Assembly: GCA_964016885.1 (NCBI GenBank)
Contig: OZ024742.1
Coordinates: 331,080,001 to 331,144,000, forward strand
Length of the DNA stretch: 64,000 nt
DNA from: Eledone cirrhosa
Taxonomy: Eukaryota
Direction: 5' to 3'
Below the pieces are notes generated by a model. That model did no database searches. It saw nothing but the letters and a program-made list of their open reading frames with translations, and had not been told where the DNA came from. The translations under genes were made by a program, and so were the position numbers. Below, in pieces: positions 41,898 to 57,915 of the stretch (position 1 is the stretch's first letter; the number at the start of each line of letters is the position of its first letter).

Positions 41898-42610
41898 AGT
41901 TAATATATATATATATATAGTAATTTAATTTTATAATTTTCTTATTTTACGTCTCTCATATTATTGTTCTGCAACCCCATGCATTAAACCACATTGTTAA
42001 TAAGACAAAATCTATATATTTGCTAGCATTGATATGCATCTGTGTGTATATAAATGTTACTAGATATAAATTTCTTATAATTATCTCCAATTCATTTGTC
42101 GAGCAATATTTGGCCATGACTGCTACTATGGTAGTAAGCTAGCCGCTGTCTTAATAACCTCTCGCTTTCCACTGATTGATCTCGATATCACGTGATTGAT
42201 TCTTTTTGAATTTGCCACGGACGTAGAGGCAGTGACTTTCTCAATGGCTTGGAATTCAGTCCACGCATCGCTATTTCCATTCTACTTAATTATTTTTTTA
42301 ATAACTTTCCAGTGTCCTCGCTATGCCTGGAGACCTATACGGAAAAAGACTTTCCTGATGTCGGAATGATTTTCTATATGTTTCTTCGGAAAATATGTTT
42401 ACTCCATTCCAGAAACTAATTAGTTGGAAGCGATTTTTTAGTAAGTAAGTTAATTTTATAATTTTCTTATTTTACGTCTCTCTCATATATATATATATAC
42501 TAGGATCGGAATTAAGAGCATTCCGCTGTTCACAGTAATAATAATAATATTAGTTCAAAGAAGAATAGAGAATTTTCACTGTGAACACACTTCTATTTGT
42601 GTAATATATT

Positions 42611-42665
<55 letters not shown>

Positions 42666-43335
42666 ATGTATGTATTCATATATGTATATGTGCGATTGGG
42701 TGTCTGTATTTGAAAGTAAGTTACGTATGTGTGGTTATGTAATGCATTTCAGTTAATTGTTTTCCTATTCTGAAATGTTTTTTCTTTCCGTATATCTTCA
42801 AAATTGCATTTTTTAAAAATTACTAATGTATAAATCTTCAGTATCCTTTTTAATCGTCGTCTCAGATGTAGTAGAGTATGTAGCGTGCTGTGTAGACAAT
42901 ATTGCTTTCAATGCATTATATGCTGGTGACAAGCAATATATTAATCAATACACTTTCTACGCTGCATTTTCATTTGTATTATTTTCCATTTCATTCTCTT
43001 ATTTTCTTCACTCGTATGGTTTATTTAGTACGAGCCTGAGTGCAATTTTTCAACTTAACATTTGATGATTAGTTTTTCGGGCCACAATGTATAAGGTTTA
43101 ATCAGCGATTGTGAGTAACTACATTCTGTAGATGATTTCGAGTTACTAATAGTTAAGATTTACATGACACATACATCAATGTTACTGTATATTAAGTTAT
43201 AATCAACGACCTGCCAAATTTGGAAATGCAGGTGGTGGGGAAGTACACATAACATGCATTGCATCAGACCTGGATTATCTGAACATATATAAGTACCTCT
43301 GCATGTCTGGAATATATGTAAATTTAGATGCGCAA

Positions 43336-44714
<1,379 letters not shown>

Positions 44715-45349
44715 TATATATGTGTGTGAGTGTGTGTTTGTGTGTGTATGTGTGTGTGATGCGTGCGAGTGTGTGTGTGTGTGTCTTTGTGAGTGTCTTT
44801 GTGTGTGTCTCTGTGTCTGTGTGTTAAGTATATCCGTAGAAAAAGCAAAGAAACGAAGATTGTTTTTTCTGCCGAATGAGCTAGATATTTCTTGCAAGAA
44901 TCATCTAATTTCTTGAGATGTTAGATAATGAAATAAATATATTGTGTTGTTTATTATGTAATAATATATATATATATATATAATTGGTGTGGGATGCTTA
45001 AAGTGTATGTATGCGGTAGGCCGTTTAAGCCCACGATGCTTTTACAGAACAGATTCTCCGTTTCTTATGTGATATATATATATAATAATAATTCAAAGAG
45101 GTATATATATAGTTACATCTGAAACGTATAGCCTCGTTTAAAGGATTTTTCATGTGCTTCATCTATACGGACTAGGGAGAGGAAATACTGTATATATTTT
45201 ATCTAATAGTTCTTCAACCTTGCCATTTCATATGCATATATATATATATATAGTGGATCGACTTTCCTCAAATCGGACCGAGGAAACAATGTTTCCATTG
45301 GTTTTTCCAATTGCTAATACTATCTATCGGTCGCATATCAAGGTAGAAG

Positions 45350-45425
45350 TACCAACGTGAAATAAAAAGTCTTGCTCAACGACATAACGCATCGCCTTGT
45401 CCGGGTATCGAACTCACAACCTCAC

Positions 45426-45427
<2 letters not shown>
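45350..45427 (-). mobile_element. Fragment of a second tRNA-SINE family
   Basis: Homologous to 49957-50030; box B gagttcgatacc. Confidence 0.65.
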
Positions 45428-45478
<51 letters not shown>

Positions 45479-45767
45479 GATTGTCGGAATCTCCCGGAGG
45501 GGAGGGCATTTCTTAATCATTAATCATCTATAAGTTCATACGTAACTCATGGTCTCCTACACTGCATCAAATATGGGAGGTACTAATGTGAACACTATTA
45601 AAGCCGATGATGGTATATGAACTAAACTAATATTTCGGATTATGTGTACATAATTTAAATTATATATATAATGTTTATACTTATATATAGAATTATAAAT
45701 AAGATAACGGTAATATAAGTAGCTCAATGTAAAACATCAGATATACAATTGAGCAGAAATACAACTA

Positions 45768-45814
45768 TGCTTCGATATATCCGGACCTAGGTCCGGAAGA
45801 AAAGATCGTAAGCA
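45768..45814 (+). ncRNA. Decayed hammerhead-like motif with palindromic stem II
   Basis: UGCU-UCGAUAU-A-UCCGGACCUAGGUCCGGA-A-GAAA-AGAUCG-UA^AGCA; core has two deviations from UUGAUAA. Confidence 0.45.
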
Positions 45815-45893
45815 ATTAAATGCCTTAAACACAATTTAATTATTTTCTATGCTGTATATATATACATATATATATATATGTATATATACATAT

Positions 45894-46105
<212 letters not shown>

Positions 46106-46179
46106 ATGTGTGTGTGTGTTTATGTATGTGTGTATGTATGTATAATTTAATATATGTTTCCATTATATTTCATTTCATT

Positions 46180-46371
46180 GGCGGTGGATTGGCAGTATTG
46201 GTAGAGGGTCGGGCGCCATGTTTTGACGTATAGAGTTACGGCCCTTGCCATTCTGAGTTCAAATCCCGCCAAGGTTAACTTTGCCTGTCATCCTTACGGG
46301 GTCGATAAAATAAAGTACCAGTAATGCAATGGGTATTTGCTGGCGTTGTGCCTAACGTAGAAACAATTATT
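46180..46371 (+). mobile_element. Meta-like SINE
   Basis: Full-length copy of the 20471-20661 family. Confidence 0.88.
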
Positions 46372-46484
46372 TTTCATTTCATTTTTTATATGATAGTTAC
46401 GTTTGTCACTTGGAGAAACAGTAAGTAAATAAATAAAAATATGTATATATATATTAATACAAAAGCCTCCCGCTCTCTAATAAC

Positions 46485-46923
46485 CGAACACACTCACTGT
46501 TTGGTTGGTTTTCGCTTCTGTGTCTTTATATCGGTTAATATAATTTATTCGGTCCTCAATGTTACCAACGGTAAAAAATACAGATACAATATAGACACAA
46601 ACACATATATATAGTCTAACAAATTTCTTTCGTTGCACATATGCAACATCGTCAGTGGTGCTATTATGTTTCCTCCTGTTGTATTGTATGCCTACGCCAT
46701 CTTTATTTAATCTGTTTATTTATTTATTTATTTATGTATACTTCTCTTAGGTCAGTATTGTTTGTTTGGGTGTTGTTGTTATTCCATTCATTTTTTCATA
46801 AGTTCTATTTCGTTGGCCTCTCTTATTTGTCTATATGGTGGGACATTTCTATGTTTAGATTTTCTGCGTGTTGTCTGTGTTACCGTCGTGTTGTTGTCTG
46901 GCATCTTCGTTTAGTACTGAACC

Positions 46924-46925
<2 letters not shown>
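46485..46925 (-). mobile_element. Solo pLTR-like repeat, paralog of 16290-16920
   Basis: Colinear similarity; CUGACGA-U-GUUGCA(UAUG)UGCAAC-GAAA at ~46618-46660. Confidence 0.65.
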
Positions 46926-47017
<92 letters not shown>

Positions 47018-47058
47018 CATAGATTGCTTTTGATTTTTTGCTTTGAATGCATGCCCAT

Positions 47059-47183
47059 ATATGGACTATACTCGTTGATTATTTGAGCTAGTTTCCCGCC
47101 GTTCTAATACTGATGGCTTATTTCCAATCTAGCTGTCGGAACGGCGGGAGCTCTGCCCGTGGGTGTCCTGACTCTTTTCCTAC
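47059..47183 (+). ncRNA. Old diverged homolog of the extended hammerhead
   Basis: atatgga..ATACTC.TTGATTA..AGCTAG...CTAGCTgtc-GGAA-CGGC..gagctc..GGGTGTcctgactcttttcctac parallels 12602-12718. Confidence 0.5.
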
Positions 47184-49261
47184 ATATATTCTATAGTACG
47201 ACTGATTACCTGATTCATTTTAATGTGAAGGCTGACACAATGCAATTATACTAACATACATTTTTCAAATGCTTACTTATGTTATCGATATGTATATTTT
47301 GAACACCAACGTTACATGATATAGACAGAGTCACAAACATGAAGCTGGAAACACACATACACATGTCTAGACACACACACACGCACACACATATATATCA
47401 CGAATATATGAGAAAACATAGATATAAGGTACTATGCTTATTCGGCTTCTATAAATAGCTTTTAAAATAATGTGGAAAAGGGAGATATCAGCGGCATCTA
47501 CGATTGATAGAACTTCGTATCACGCACATACATACTAAGCGTTCTAGCGATTGTGCTAAAGGACCTCTGAAAATATCTTATTGGTCTGAATCTAAAACTT
47601 AAGAGTGTGAACAAACATCGTATGCGAAGCCCGAACACTCGAACTTCCGAAGCACTGAGAGAATATAAAATCCATAGGAAATGTAGTATGCAACTTTATT
47701 TTCCGTATCTACAAGTTTTACACAATATTGTACTCTATTTGTATTGTACTCTATTTGTAGCTGTACTTACAATTATTTTCTGCGTCTGATCAATATACTT
47801 CATAAGGACTCTGCTATGAGTGCGTCTCTGTGATGTGATTACAAGCCTAATACTAATGCTTTATAAGAATTCTTTGCATTAATTGAAAAAAATGTCTCAC
47901 CTGCATGTGTTTGAAATTATCATAATATTGCTTTGCTGGTGTTTTAGAAGTACGTCTAATATTTGTTTTTCCTTTTGCTTAACTAGTCTTAATAATTAAT
48001 TTAACTTTCAGTTCAGAATATTACAGATATAATTATATCTAGTGTATTTGTATCACTTAACAATTTTATTTTTCTGTTTTTTCCTCTCCATTTCCAGTAC
48101 TATAATATGTTTCTTTCCTCACAATGTTTCATTATGCATTTTATGTGTCTCTTGTTCACTGATTAACTATCTTTCAGCACACATTTGATCTAATTATATT
48201 ATCTATTTTTCCTAATATAACAGGACATTGATGTTTTATTATCCGATGTTGAAAAGCAATTGTTTTAGTAATTATTTTTTTATTTTGTGCCACGTATGTA
48301 GTTTTTGTTGCAATAAAAAATGTTTATGATAAATATTCATATTAATTTTATGTATTTGTTTTAAATACATATGAGGTTTAGGTTTGGTTTTGTGCTGCCT
48401 ATTGTATTGGAAAAACTTTACGTAATATATGTATATAGTGTTATTTACTGTCTGTTATATAGGTCGGTATTCCCTAAGGGGTGGAGCGGTGATTATATAT
48501 TTAGCTGCTCTTGTTTAATCAACTCCAAGTGGAACTATTATTATATAATGTATTTCTATTTCCAGTCTGAGTATCTATATTTCATGCGTTTTGTTTATTT
48601 GGAGAATTAATCTAATCCGTTCGAACACACATTCATTTGCACTCCGTCTTGGATATATTTCTAATCCGTCAGATCTTGCTATCATATATGATCTATTATC
48701 ATTGATCTCCACGACAATGGGGATAAACACAAACCAACGTATGCTCACTTTGGCGTTCTCTGAGACCATTTTACTTTGAATTTGTACATCTATCTGTCGG
48801 TATTTCATATGGGTTTATGGCATGTCTGATAAATGTTTATTTAATGCTAGGTTTTGAAGCCTCTGTTAGGAGTTTTCTGTTTAGATTTTCCACGTATTGG
48901 GTATGTAAATGATTTTTTGGTTTTAATATGGAAGAAATATCAAACAGTTATCATATTCGTGTTTATCTTTTAACAATTTCTGGTGTTGATCATATTTCTA
49001 CTTACAGCTGCCTGTAATTTAGAGAATGATTTGTGTTGAAAATATGAAATATTTTACGGTTATAGTATTAATAATAATATTAGGTTTCTTTTCTTTTCAT
49101 TTTAGTTTCAACTACTTAGCTCTAATTATATTTTACAAAACTGTTTATAAAAATATGGAACAAGAAAGGGAACAAAAAAGGAAATGAAAAGAAGAAAAAA
49201 AAAGAATTAATCAAGGAAAGAAATGGAGAGAAAGAGAGTGGGATACACACTACACCTTCAG

Positions 49262-51375
49262 ATTGAGTGGTGTTTCACTTACACCCCGCGGGCGAAAATG
49301 GCCAGAGACATTCACTGCGACAGCCACCCCATCTCTCGAAGACGATATTAAATCGGATAGCAGTGGTCTCGACGGACACCTGTAACATGATAAAGCGGTC
49401 AGTTAGGCCCCCTTGTTTGACCATCCTTCTCTTCTCTAAATGTCGACCATCGGACCCCGGATATATGGCCTGAGCGACGAGTTTGAAGATGGAGAATGAG
49501 TCGCAGCACGTCGACCCATAAAGTAGGGATTTGTCTACCTCGAAATGGAAGAGGATTAATCAGTTGGGGCACTTACCATCGTTACGATAATGGCCAGCCG
49601 ATTCCAATTGTGACGTGAAATAGGCTGTGTCGAGGCTTTTTCTGATGATGCCGTTCAGAGTGTCATGTTTAGAGAGACTGTTTGCACAAAGACAACAAGA
49701 TAACCAGGGCAAACAAAACTCATCCACAATTGCACCACAATGGCATTTCAGTGGCTCACATGTATGCTGGCCGAGGTGAGGTATAACTCCAATATGGGTG
49801 CACTCATAATCAGGAAGGGGCTGTTGTTGTTACATCTCACCCCTATGCAGCTTTACCTGGCCACCTCCAAGGTATATCTCGTTTGCGGTGTATTGCGTGA
49901 TTTAATGATAGGAACACCTGACCTATCATCTCATTTCTACAGCTGAGTAAACTGTTGCAACGTGAAATAAAGTGTCTTGGTCAAGGAAACAACACATCAC
50001 CCGGTCCGAGAATTGAACTCACAACCTTTTGATTGCAAGCCCAATGCTCTAACCACTAAGCCATGCGCTTTCACGCAGGAAGGGGTACAGGTTGATGAAG
50101 GAGTCAAGTGCCATTGTTTCATCTCATGGAGGAGCGGAGGCAGCATTTAAGACCATCTTAGTCGAAATAATGTTTGATTCACCTGAATGTGCTCTTGCAC
50201 ATGACGTTGTTCTACTTACTTTCAACATCGGCACACTGATGGGGAAGATGGCAAGACCTTTGTTAGTTCCATCAGCTACATATTTCAACATCTCTAGTGT
50301 GACATTAGCTTCTAACGTCTTGCTCGGGATCTCGTTCATGAGGGTGCAGCTGCGGGAGAGTGTGGTGAGATAGCTCAGGAGTCCCAAGTCAAGTGTCAAG
50401 GCCGAAACCAAAGAATCTCACAAAAACTTTCGCTTGTTGCTAGCCGCTGCTGGCAAAGCACAGATGGGAGATGAGATCGGAACAACGTCGGATGGTGACA
50501 TCGTAACTGAGGAGGCGATATGCTAGAGTGTGCACATATACACCACATAGCGTGAAGAGGAATTGAGGAAGAGTGAAGCAGTTTCTCAGGCGGAAGAGCA
50601 CCACCTGTTGTGTGTCGATGGGGCCCTATTTCTCCATCAGCCTCTCAAGGCCTGCATGCTCGGTCGCCAGAGACTCACGTATCACTTTCAGGAAGATTGG
50701 AGTGCTGTAAACGCAGGCAGCGTCCTTCAAGTTTAGCCGAGCCCTACTGAGAAAAGGATCGATGCTGAGTAGAGCTTCTTGGAATGTGGCTTCATCGAAG
50801 CCCACATTGACAACCTCGAACATTGACGGTTTTATATCCATTCCTAGTTGCCTTCTGGAAGGGCTGACTCACTGGAGGTATTCAGCAATATGCTAAACCT
50901 ATTCGTCCCGTGTCAGGACGTCCAATTTCCAGACATTAAAGGAGAAGCCGAGTGAGCGATGAAACAGCAGACACTGCGAATAGGTGGCAGCCGTATGGGT
51001 CCCCTGATTGGACACGTGTAGTGTAGGAGATCCATTTTCTAGCAACCATGAATGTGCTGGTATGTGAAAGTGTGCAACAGGGAGAACTTCTCTCACTCCG
51101 AGTTAGACAGAGTTGAATACGTCGCACAGGTCTCAATGACTGACCGCACTCACCGAAATATATTGCTCACTACAATGGATCTTATTCTACCGTCATTCTT
51201 CTTCAACTCCTTCATTTTAGCTGAGAAGAGATGAGGGGCAAGGCGCTGAATGGTCGGCACAAATAAGCCTGTTATCGTGGGCGGTAATTGATCACAGCAG
51301 CCATACGATTACTTCAGCGGAGTCTGGTGAGATTATGTCTCTAAGGTAGCCGTGTCGAAGCCGATCCACACCACC
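49262..51375 (-). mobile_element. Heavily decayed CRE-like (RLE-type) non-LTR retrotransposon
   Basis: RVQSGDPYG (cf. GVQQGDPLG), KCHCGAIVD, GKCPN.LI..EVDKSLL..TCCDS resembling the RLE PD..D motif. Confidence 0.6.
49925..50072 (-). mobile_element. tRNA-derived SINE (second family, CORE-like centre) nested in the CRE-like remnant
   Basis: tggcttagtggttagagc...gagttcaattctc...tccttgaccaagacacttt. Confidence 0.75.
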
Positions 51376-51384
51376 TCTCCTACT

Positions 51385-51860
51385 CCTATTAAAGGATCTC
51401 ATTGGCATCTGCTCTGTGGTTGAAATCAACTGTCCCCTCTCGGAACTGTTTCAGGTCATGGTCTCCTCCATCAAGAATACATTCTCTCCTCATTTCAAAC
51501 TCATGACCAAATACTGATGAAGCTGGATCCAACGCAGGGCATCCTGCTCGAACCTAAACGTGGAAGGGCCGCGGCTGCTTTTGTGGAGGAGTTTACCGTG
51601 ATGGATTCGTACACATCAACAATGGACGTAGTCGGCATCTACTTACAGGAATATGAAAGGATGACTAGAACAAACTTCAGCTGTGAGGGCTTGGTGCTTG
51701 GCACTTGTTGAGGCAAATCCAGGTCGTTCAACAACGCAATCGGACACTGCAAGGTCGAACATGTTCCGGCCAGGTGTACAGGTTGATGAAGGCTGGGAAA
51801 TGATAACGAAGAGGGTAAACGATCTCATCACAAATTCACGAATGTGTACTGATGAATTTA
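51385..51860 (+). mobile_element. Very decayed Tx1-like RT fragment
   Basis: QGILLEPKRGRAAAAFVEEFTVM matches QGIPLEPGRGKAVSAYADDITAM. Confidence 0.7.
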
Positions 51861-51989
51861 TCACAATAAAGAAATGATTATTATTATTGTTACTGCTACC
51901 AATATTACTACTACTGCTACCACTACTGCTACCACTACTACTTCTACTACTACTACTACTACTACTACTACTAGTAGTAGTGGTATTAA

Positions 51990-52028
<39 letters not shown>

Positions 52029-52050
52029 CAGTAGTAGTAGTAGTAGTAGT

Positions 52051-52088
<38 letters not shown>

Positions 52089-52323
52089 TAGTTGCTGTTG
52101 TTGTTATTGTAGGATTTTTATGACCGTTCATATAATCATCGTTGCCAACATGATCACTATAATTAGATATCTCATCATTATACCAAACTCTCATTATTCA
52201 TTCTACCCGCTCTCAGTCTCTCTTTCTCCTTCTCTTCTCAATCCCTCTCTATCTAGCTAACTATCCTCAGTCTCTCTTTCACTATATATATATATATATC
52301 CACACACAAACACACAAACACAC

Positions 52324-52388
<65 letters not shown>

Positions 52389-52510
52389 GATAATATGTAT
52401 ATATATATATATATATATATATTATCTCGGTAAATTTTATTACACCATATTTTCTATTATATTTTAAATTAATCTAAAATGTGAAATGTATAGGAACCTG
52501 CTTAACTCTT

Positions 52511-52559
<49 letters not shown>

Positions 52560-53639
52560 GTATGTGTATATTTATATATGTATATGTGTGTATGTGTGTG
52601 TGTGTATGTGTGTGTTGTTTCGTCTGTGTGAGATCTTGTGCGTGTGTTTCCAGTTAATCGAATAGTCAGTATTTAATTTTCTCTATAACTCGAAAAAAAT
52701 ATAGAAATAAATAAAAGAAAACGTAACTTCATCAAAATTATTTCATTATAAAGTGCCGAATGAAAGATTTCAAATCTGTGTTATTTCTATTTGGAAAATA
52801 AAAATATATGCAAAAATTAATGAGTAAATTTGTCTGATATTACATGTAAAATGTCTTAAATGTTCTAGAGTTGATGAAATTGAAAACGTTAAGCTAATTT
52901 TGTTAAATTACATTTTGAAATAATTACAATTTGTTCAACACATTATATGAATATTCTTTTCATGTTTTGCTGAGAGTTTAATAAAACATACTAAAAATGA
53001 ATAAATAAATGAATAATAACAAATGAAATAAAATATGTTTTTTCTGTTAAATGTTATTATATGTATGGCTAAGGCTGATATGCACGTTTCTTTCAAATAT
53101 AATGGGTGCTTTGTCTCTTTATGTTGTTAATACGATTCTCTTTTTAACTTTATGTGCAAAGACGGTCTCGAAACCATGTAAATTATAAAGAAGGTCTTCA
53201 TTCTCGATTAATGCAATTTCCCTTTTATGAATTGTTTAAATGATTTTGAAGTGCACATATAACTCACTATTTCATTTTACGGTGTAGTAAAATGTGCATT
53301 CTTGTACTTACCTCTGATATTCATCCTTAACGGTTCGATAAAACAAAGTAGCATCAACGTAAAGGCATCAATTTAATCGAATATCCCTTTCCCCAAAATT
53401 GATGATCTTGTGCCTAAATCAGAAACAATTATTTTCAGGTTATACTCATTCAAATAGTTCCATCTGATAAATACAAGGTGTGGCTTTATTGTGTTCCAAG
53501 TATATATTACGATTTAAATCTAAAACTAGGGTACTATACATAAGTTCCCATTGTATACTAAACGTTGAAGTGTTACGTTATTACAAACGTTGTGTAACTA
53601 TAGATTATTCTCCTATTGCTTTCAATATTCTTATAAATC

Positions 53640-54740
53640 GTTATATTGTCAAAGCCAAAACATTTTATACAGTAGGATCATAAAACTATCAAATACATGT
53701 CGGAGATCCACTTCTGACGATTTAAGTAATGCAATGTCTTCTGCAAATTCCTACGATTGCAATCGTCATCGTGATACCACTTTCAACTCCGCTGCGCATG
53801 TCAACCCAGTTTGTGATGATTATGACAATTGGAGGTGAGACTACGCACCTTTAGCGGACTCTTAAACCCCCATTGGTTGGTTTTGATTTGCGACCATTCA
53901 TCCAACACAAATTCTAGGGAATATGTATAGAGATATTAGGGCAAAAGGACGCTGTCAACTCACCCCAATCTTCTGCTGAGACTTTCACAGCAGGTTCCAT
54001 GTAGGGCAGCCGTATTACTTTTCGAGGTCTACGAAGCAAGCATAAACCTTTTGTCAGTAATCCTACAATTTCTCGACGTCCTACTGCTAGGACGCCTGTT
54101 CTGTCTACTCTACCTTTGAGTGGAGTTCCACAGAAGCAAGTGAAAAAATTCAAGTATCTCGAAATGATTCAAAACAAGAGGCTCAATTAAGTTTTAGAGA
54201 AGTTGGTGCAGTAATGCTACAGCTTCAGTATTCGGTAATCAGAAAAAGGAAGGTATGTGTAAAAGCCAAACTCGGTATCTTCAGTTCGGTATACGTGCCA
54301 GCCTATACCTATGGTCATGAATATTGGGTAATAAACGACAGAATAAGATCGCGAATACAAGCGGCGGATATGAGATTCTTCCGAATGGTTGTTAGCGTAA
54401 CGTTACTCGATCGATTGTGTAGCTCGGAGATCAGAGTGTCGCTCCATGTAGATCCTCTTCTTCCCGGAATTGAGAGATTACATCTCCGAAACTAAGATCA
54501 TGAAGTTAAAATGCCTCACAAAGCAATCATCGAATAAATTATACGGACAAACCTAACCAACAGGAAACCCAGGGATAGAAGCAGATCAAGATGTTTAGAT
54601 AACATCTATGCACTCAGCCGCTAACGCTTAGGGAAGCAGGCGGATTTATTAGAGTCGGTTACTTCTGACAGGACCCGTTGGATTGACTGTTTGATGACTC
54701 TATACCCTCCCAGTAATAAGTGGGCGAAGAAGAAAAAGAA
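53640..54740 (+). mobile_element. RTE-group LINE 3' remnant, upstream part apparently inverted
   Basis: VKKFKYL, KAKLGIFSSVYVPAYTYGHEYW..IQAADMRFFR; (GAA)n tail; decayed RT-like GLR..CVVSP on minus strand at ~53720-53900. Confidence 0.75.
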
Positions 54741-54925
54741 GAATATTATGATAATGCTGATGATGATCACCATCATCAACATCATTTTCATCCTAAAACT
54801 AGGCGAGTTGAATAAATATTTGAATTACATTATTTTGCATATAATGATAACTATATCAAGATAGATTAATATTAATTTAAACCCAACACCATGTCCACAC
54901 TGTTTTGTTTATATAGCTCATCATT

Positions 54926-55113
54926 GGTGGATTGGCAGTATCGGTAGAGGGTCTGACGCCATGCTTTGCAGCAAAGAGTTACGCCCCTTTATGGTTTGAG
55001 TTCAAATCCCGCCGAGGTTAACTTTGCCTTTCATCCTTACGGGGTCGATAAAATAAAGTACCAGTAATGCACTGGATAATTGCTGGCCTTGTGCCAAAAG
55101 TAGAAACAATTAT
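54926..55113 (+). mobile_element. Meta-like SINE
   Basis: Full-length copy; older decayed copies near 24500, 53320-53430 and 57055-57450. Confidence 0.88.
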
Positions 55114-57759
55114 TTCAGCCTATAATGCGGGACGACTGAACGAGTGATATAAGGTAAGTTTATATCGCATGAGCCAGATTCTAAAAGGATTTATTCCACA
55201 TATTCCACTTAGTTACACATTTAGCCTCTTCCTAAAATAGTGTGTTTCTTTTGCAAAAGGGGCTAAACATAATGCAAAGGTGGTGAAGTTATAAAGATTT
55301 GGTGGTTTTGAAGACTTATATTGTATATTTTTCTCTGGTTTGTTCAGGGAAAAGCGGCCGCGTTACCTGAAATCAATCATATTAATGCTGTACTCGTGTA
55401 CAAGGATTACATTTCTCTGGGAGAGAAAAGACTGAACGTAATCGTTAGTGTGTTGCCTGTGGGGTTTGACCCAATATAGATGTGGAATCCAGGCTTGAAA
55501 AACATACAAATATATATACACGTGGGTCCGAAATTATAGAGTGGGGGCGGATAAGTGGTTTGAAAATTCGGTAGATGTCCTAGGTTGTCTCCGTTTATTC
55601 TTTTAAAAACCAGAATTAGACGTTTAGTTTAGAGCTATGCGGCGAATTTTGTGATTAATTTAGTTAATATCCGGACGGATTGTACATGCTATAATCCGCT
55701 TTACAGTGGTATTAGAAATCACACATGCTTTTATTAGAAATCAAACATGCCTTTTCTTAGCCTTCTAAGGAATAGGTATGTTGACGTAGCACTCGGTATG
55801 CTCTCAGACTGTTAGAACACTGGTAATGACTTACAGCATTTCTGATATCATTTGTTTAAACTTGGATTAGGCTTGCGTCAACACATCAGCTTCAACAATG
55901 TGAAGATTAGTTATTCTTCCAACTTTTCCTTTTGTTCACTTCCCGTCCTTCCGGCTTTCTTTATGGCCTTTTTTGGCCAAATTCGTCGTTCTGAAAAAAA
56001 CTAGATTCGTCAGAAGGTAAGGAATATATTTCGCTATTTTAAATGTCGTCGATATAACTTGTTAAACGTCTGGTTAATATTTTGAAATTTAACACACACG
56101 GAAGAGCCAATATGAGATAAACACAAACTATTAGCATTCGATGTCGAACATTATTTGTTATAACTGGCATCTAGGGCAGACAACTACCGAAAACTTTCAC
56201 TAAGACTGGATGCAAATTTTCTAATTCAATCGTAACTTAAATGTCAATGTTCCATTCGTAACTCGTGAGATCAATGTCAAAAATCACACCTGGCTTTGAT
56301 GTTAGTTTTTGTCGTGTTTACAAATAGAAGTACATGTTATTTCTTTCGAATGTATCAATTGAAATCATTGTAAAACTGATCAAGCATGAAATAAATATAT
56401 ACATACATCTTTGAATTAAGATTAATTGATGTTTGCATAAAACTCTTATTTTATCCCCCATACCGTGATATATAATTACTTCTCTTTTGTTTCTCTTGTC
56501 TTCTGTTATATAATATTCTCTACATTTCGATTTCCGATAATGTATTCAATTTTCCCGAATCAATCGTTCGAGTCATATTCCAGGACATTGAAACATTTGG
56601 TTAGACTAAGAGTTAGTTTTACAGGGATGAAAAGAGATTATAAAAACATACAAAAGCAAAGAGAATCAATGCTAAAAGGAGTTATAGCAAAACAATGATA
56701 TAAAGAGAAAACTGCCGTTAATTACTTAAGGCTTCGATATTTGCGACATAAATCAGTTTAAACAGTTTAATCCCAAAGCGAGATTAATCCCTGATTGATC
56801 GCTAAATATAGAAAGGAGCAAAATCGTCGTTCAGGTAAATCAAATTATTTTGTTTTGCAATTATGCTTCATCTGCAAAATTTATTGCTATAATTACTGCC
56901 CGCTCTAACTTTCTGCAGCATAAAATAATTAAATGAGAACATAGAAATAAATTAAATACAATTTAAATTGGACTTATTCTGGTGTTTCCATATTTCTTCA
57001 TTTTGGCATAAATATCACGGATTTAATTTCTATTACTACTACAGTCATATTGATTTCTAATTTAGGCACAGGCTAACCAATTTCAGAAGAAGACAAAGGT
57101 GATTAAATCAACATCAGTATCTATTATTTTATTCTATGATTTGTCGGCCGCGGCAGGATGAAAGACAAAATTGGCCTTGGTCACATTTGAACTGAGAATT
57201 TAAAGGGTCTGAACCATACAGAAATGATATTTTATTTGACGTTCTATCAGTTCTTGCAATCTAGTAGCCAATAATACAATAAATGTTAGTCATTATTACG
57301 AGCATAGTGACCAGGCCAGTGATTTGGGGGAAGTTAATGTAACAAACACTTAACTAATTCTCCACAATGAAAGGTAAAGTTGATCTCGGCGGGAGTTGAA
57401 ATCATAGCCTATAAAGCAAGTCTTCCTGTGCTCTAACAATTATGCCACTACACCTTTCTACATAAACATGTCTAGCATACGCAGCTTTTGGAGAATTGGC
57501 TAACGGAATAAATGGACTTGGTACACAACATTTCAGCATCATTCATGATGACAATCTGTGATGAGGTTAGCTTTATTTAATCCCAGGCCCGATTTTGTTT
57601 CGCCACTTCAACATACAGGGGCAATATAAAATGAAGTCAAGTGTTGCCTAGAATCGAAATTAATATATTACAATATTTGGTCGAACATACGCACACACAT
57701 ACAGACACATATAGATATAGGTATGCGTGTTTATATATGTATATATATCTATCTATATC

Positions 57760-57915
<156 letters not shown>

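Noticed and set aside
55200-56100. Possible decayed DNA transposon
   Set aside because: No TIR pair or transposase motif could be established by eye
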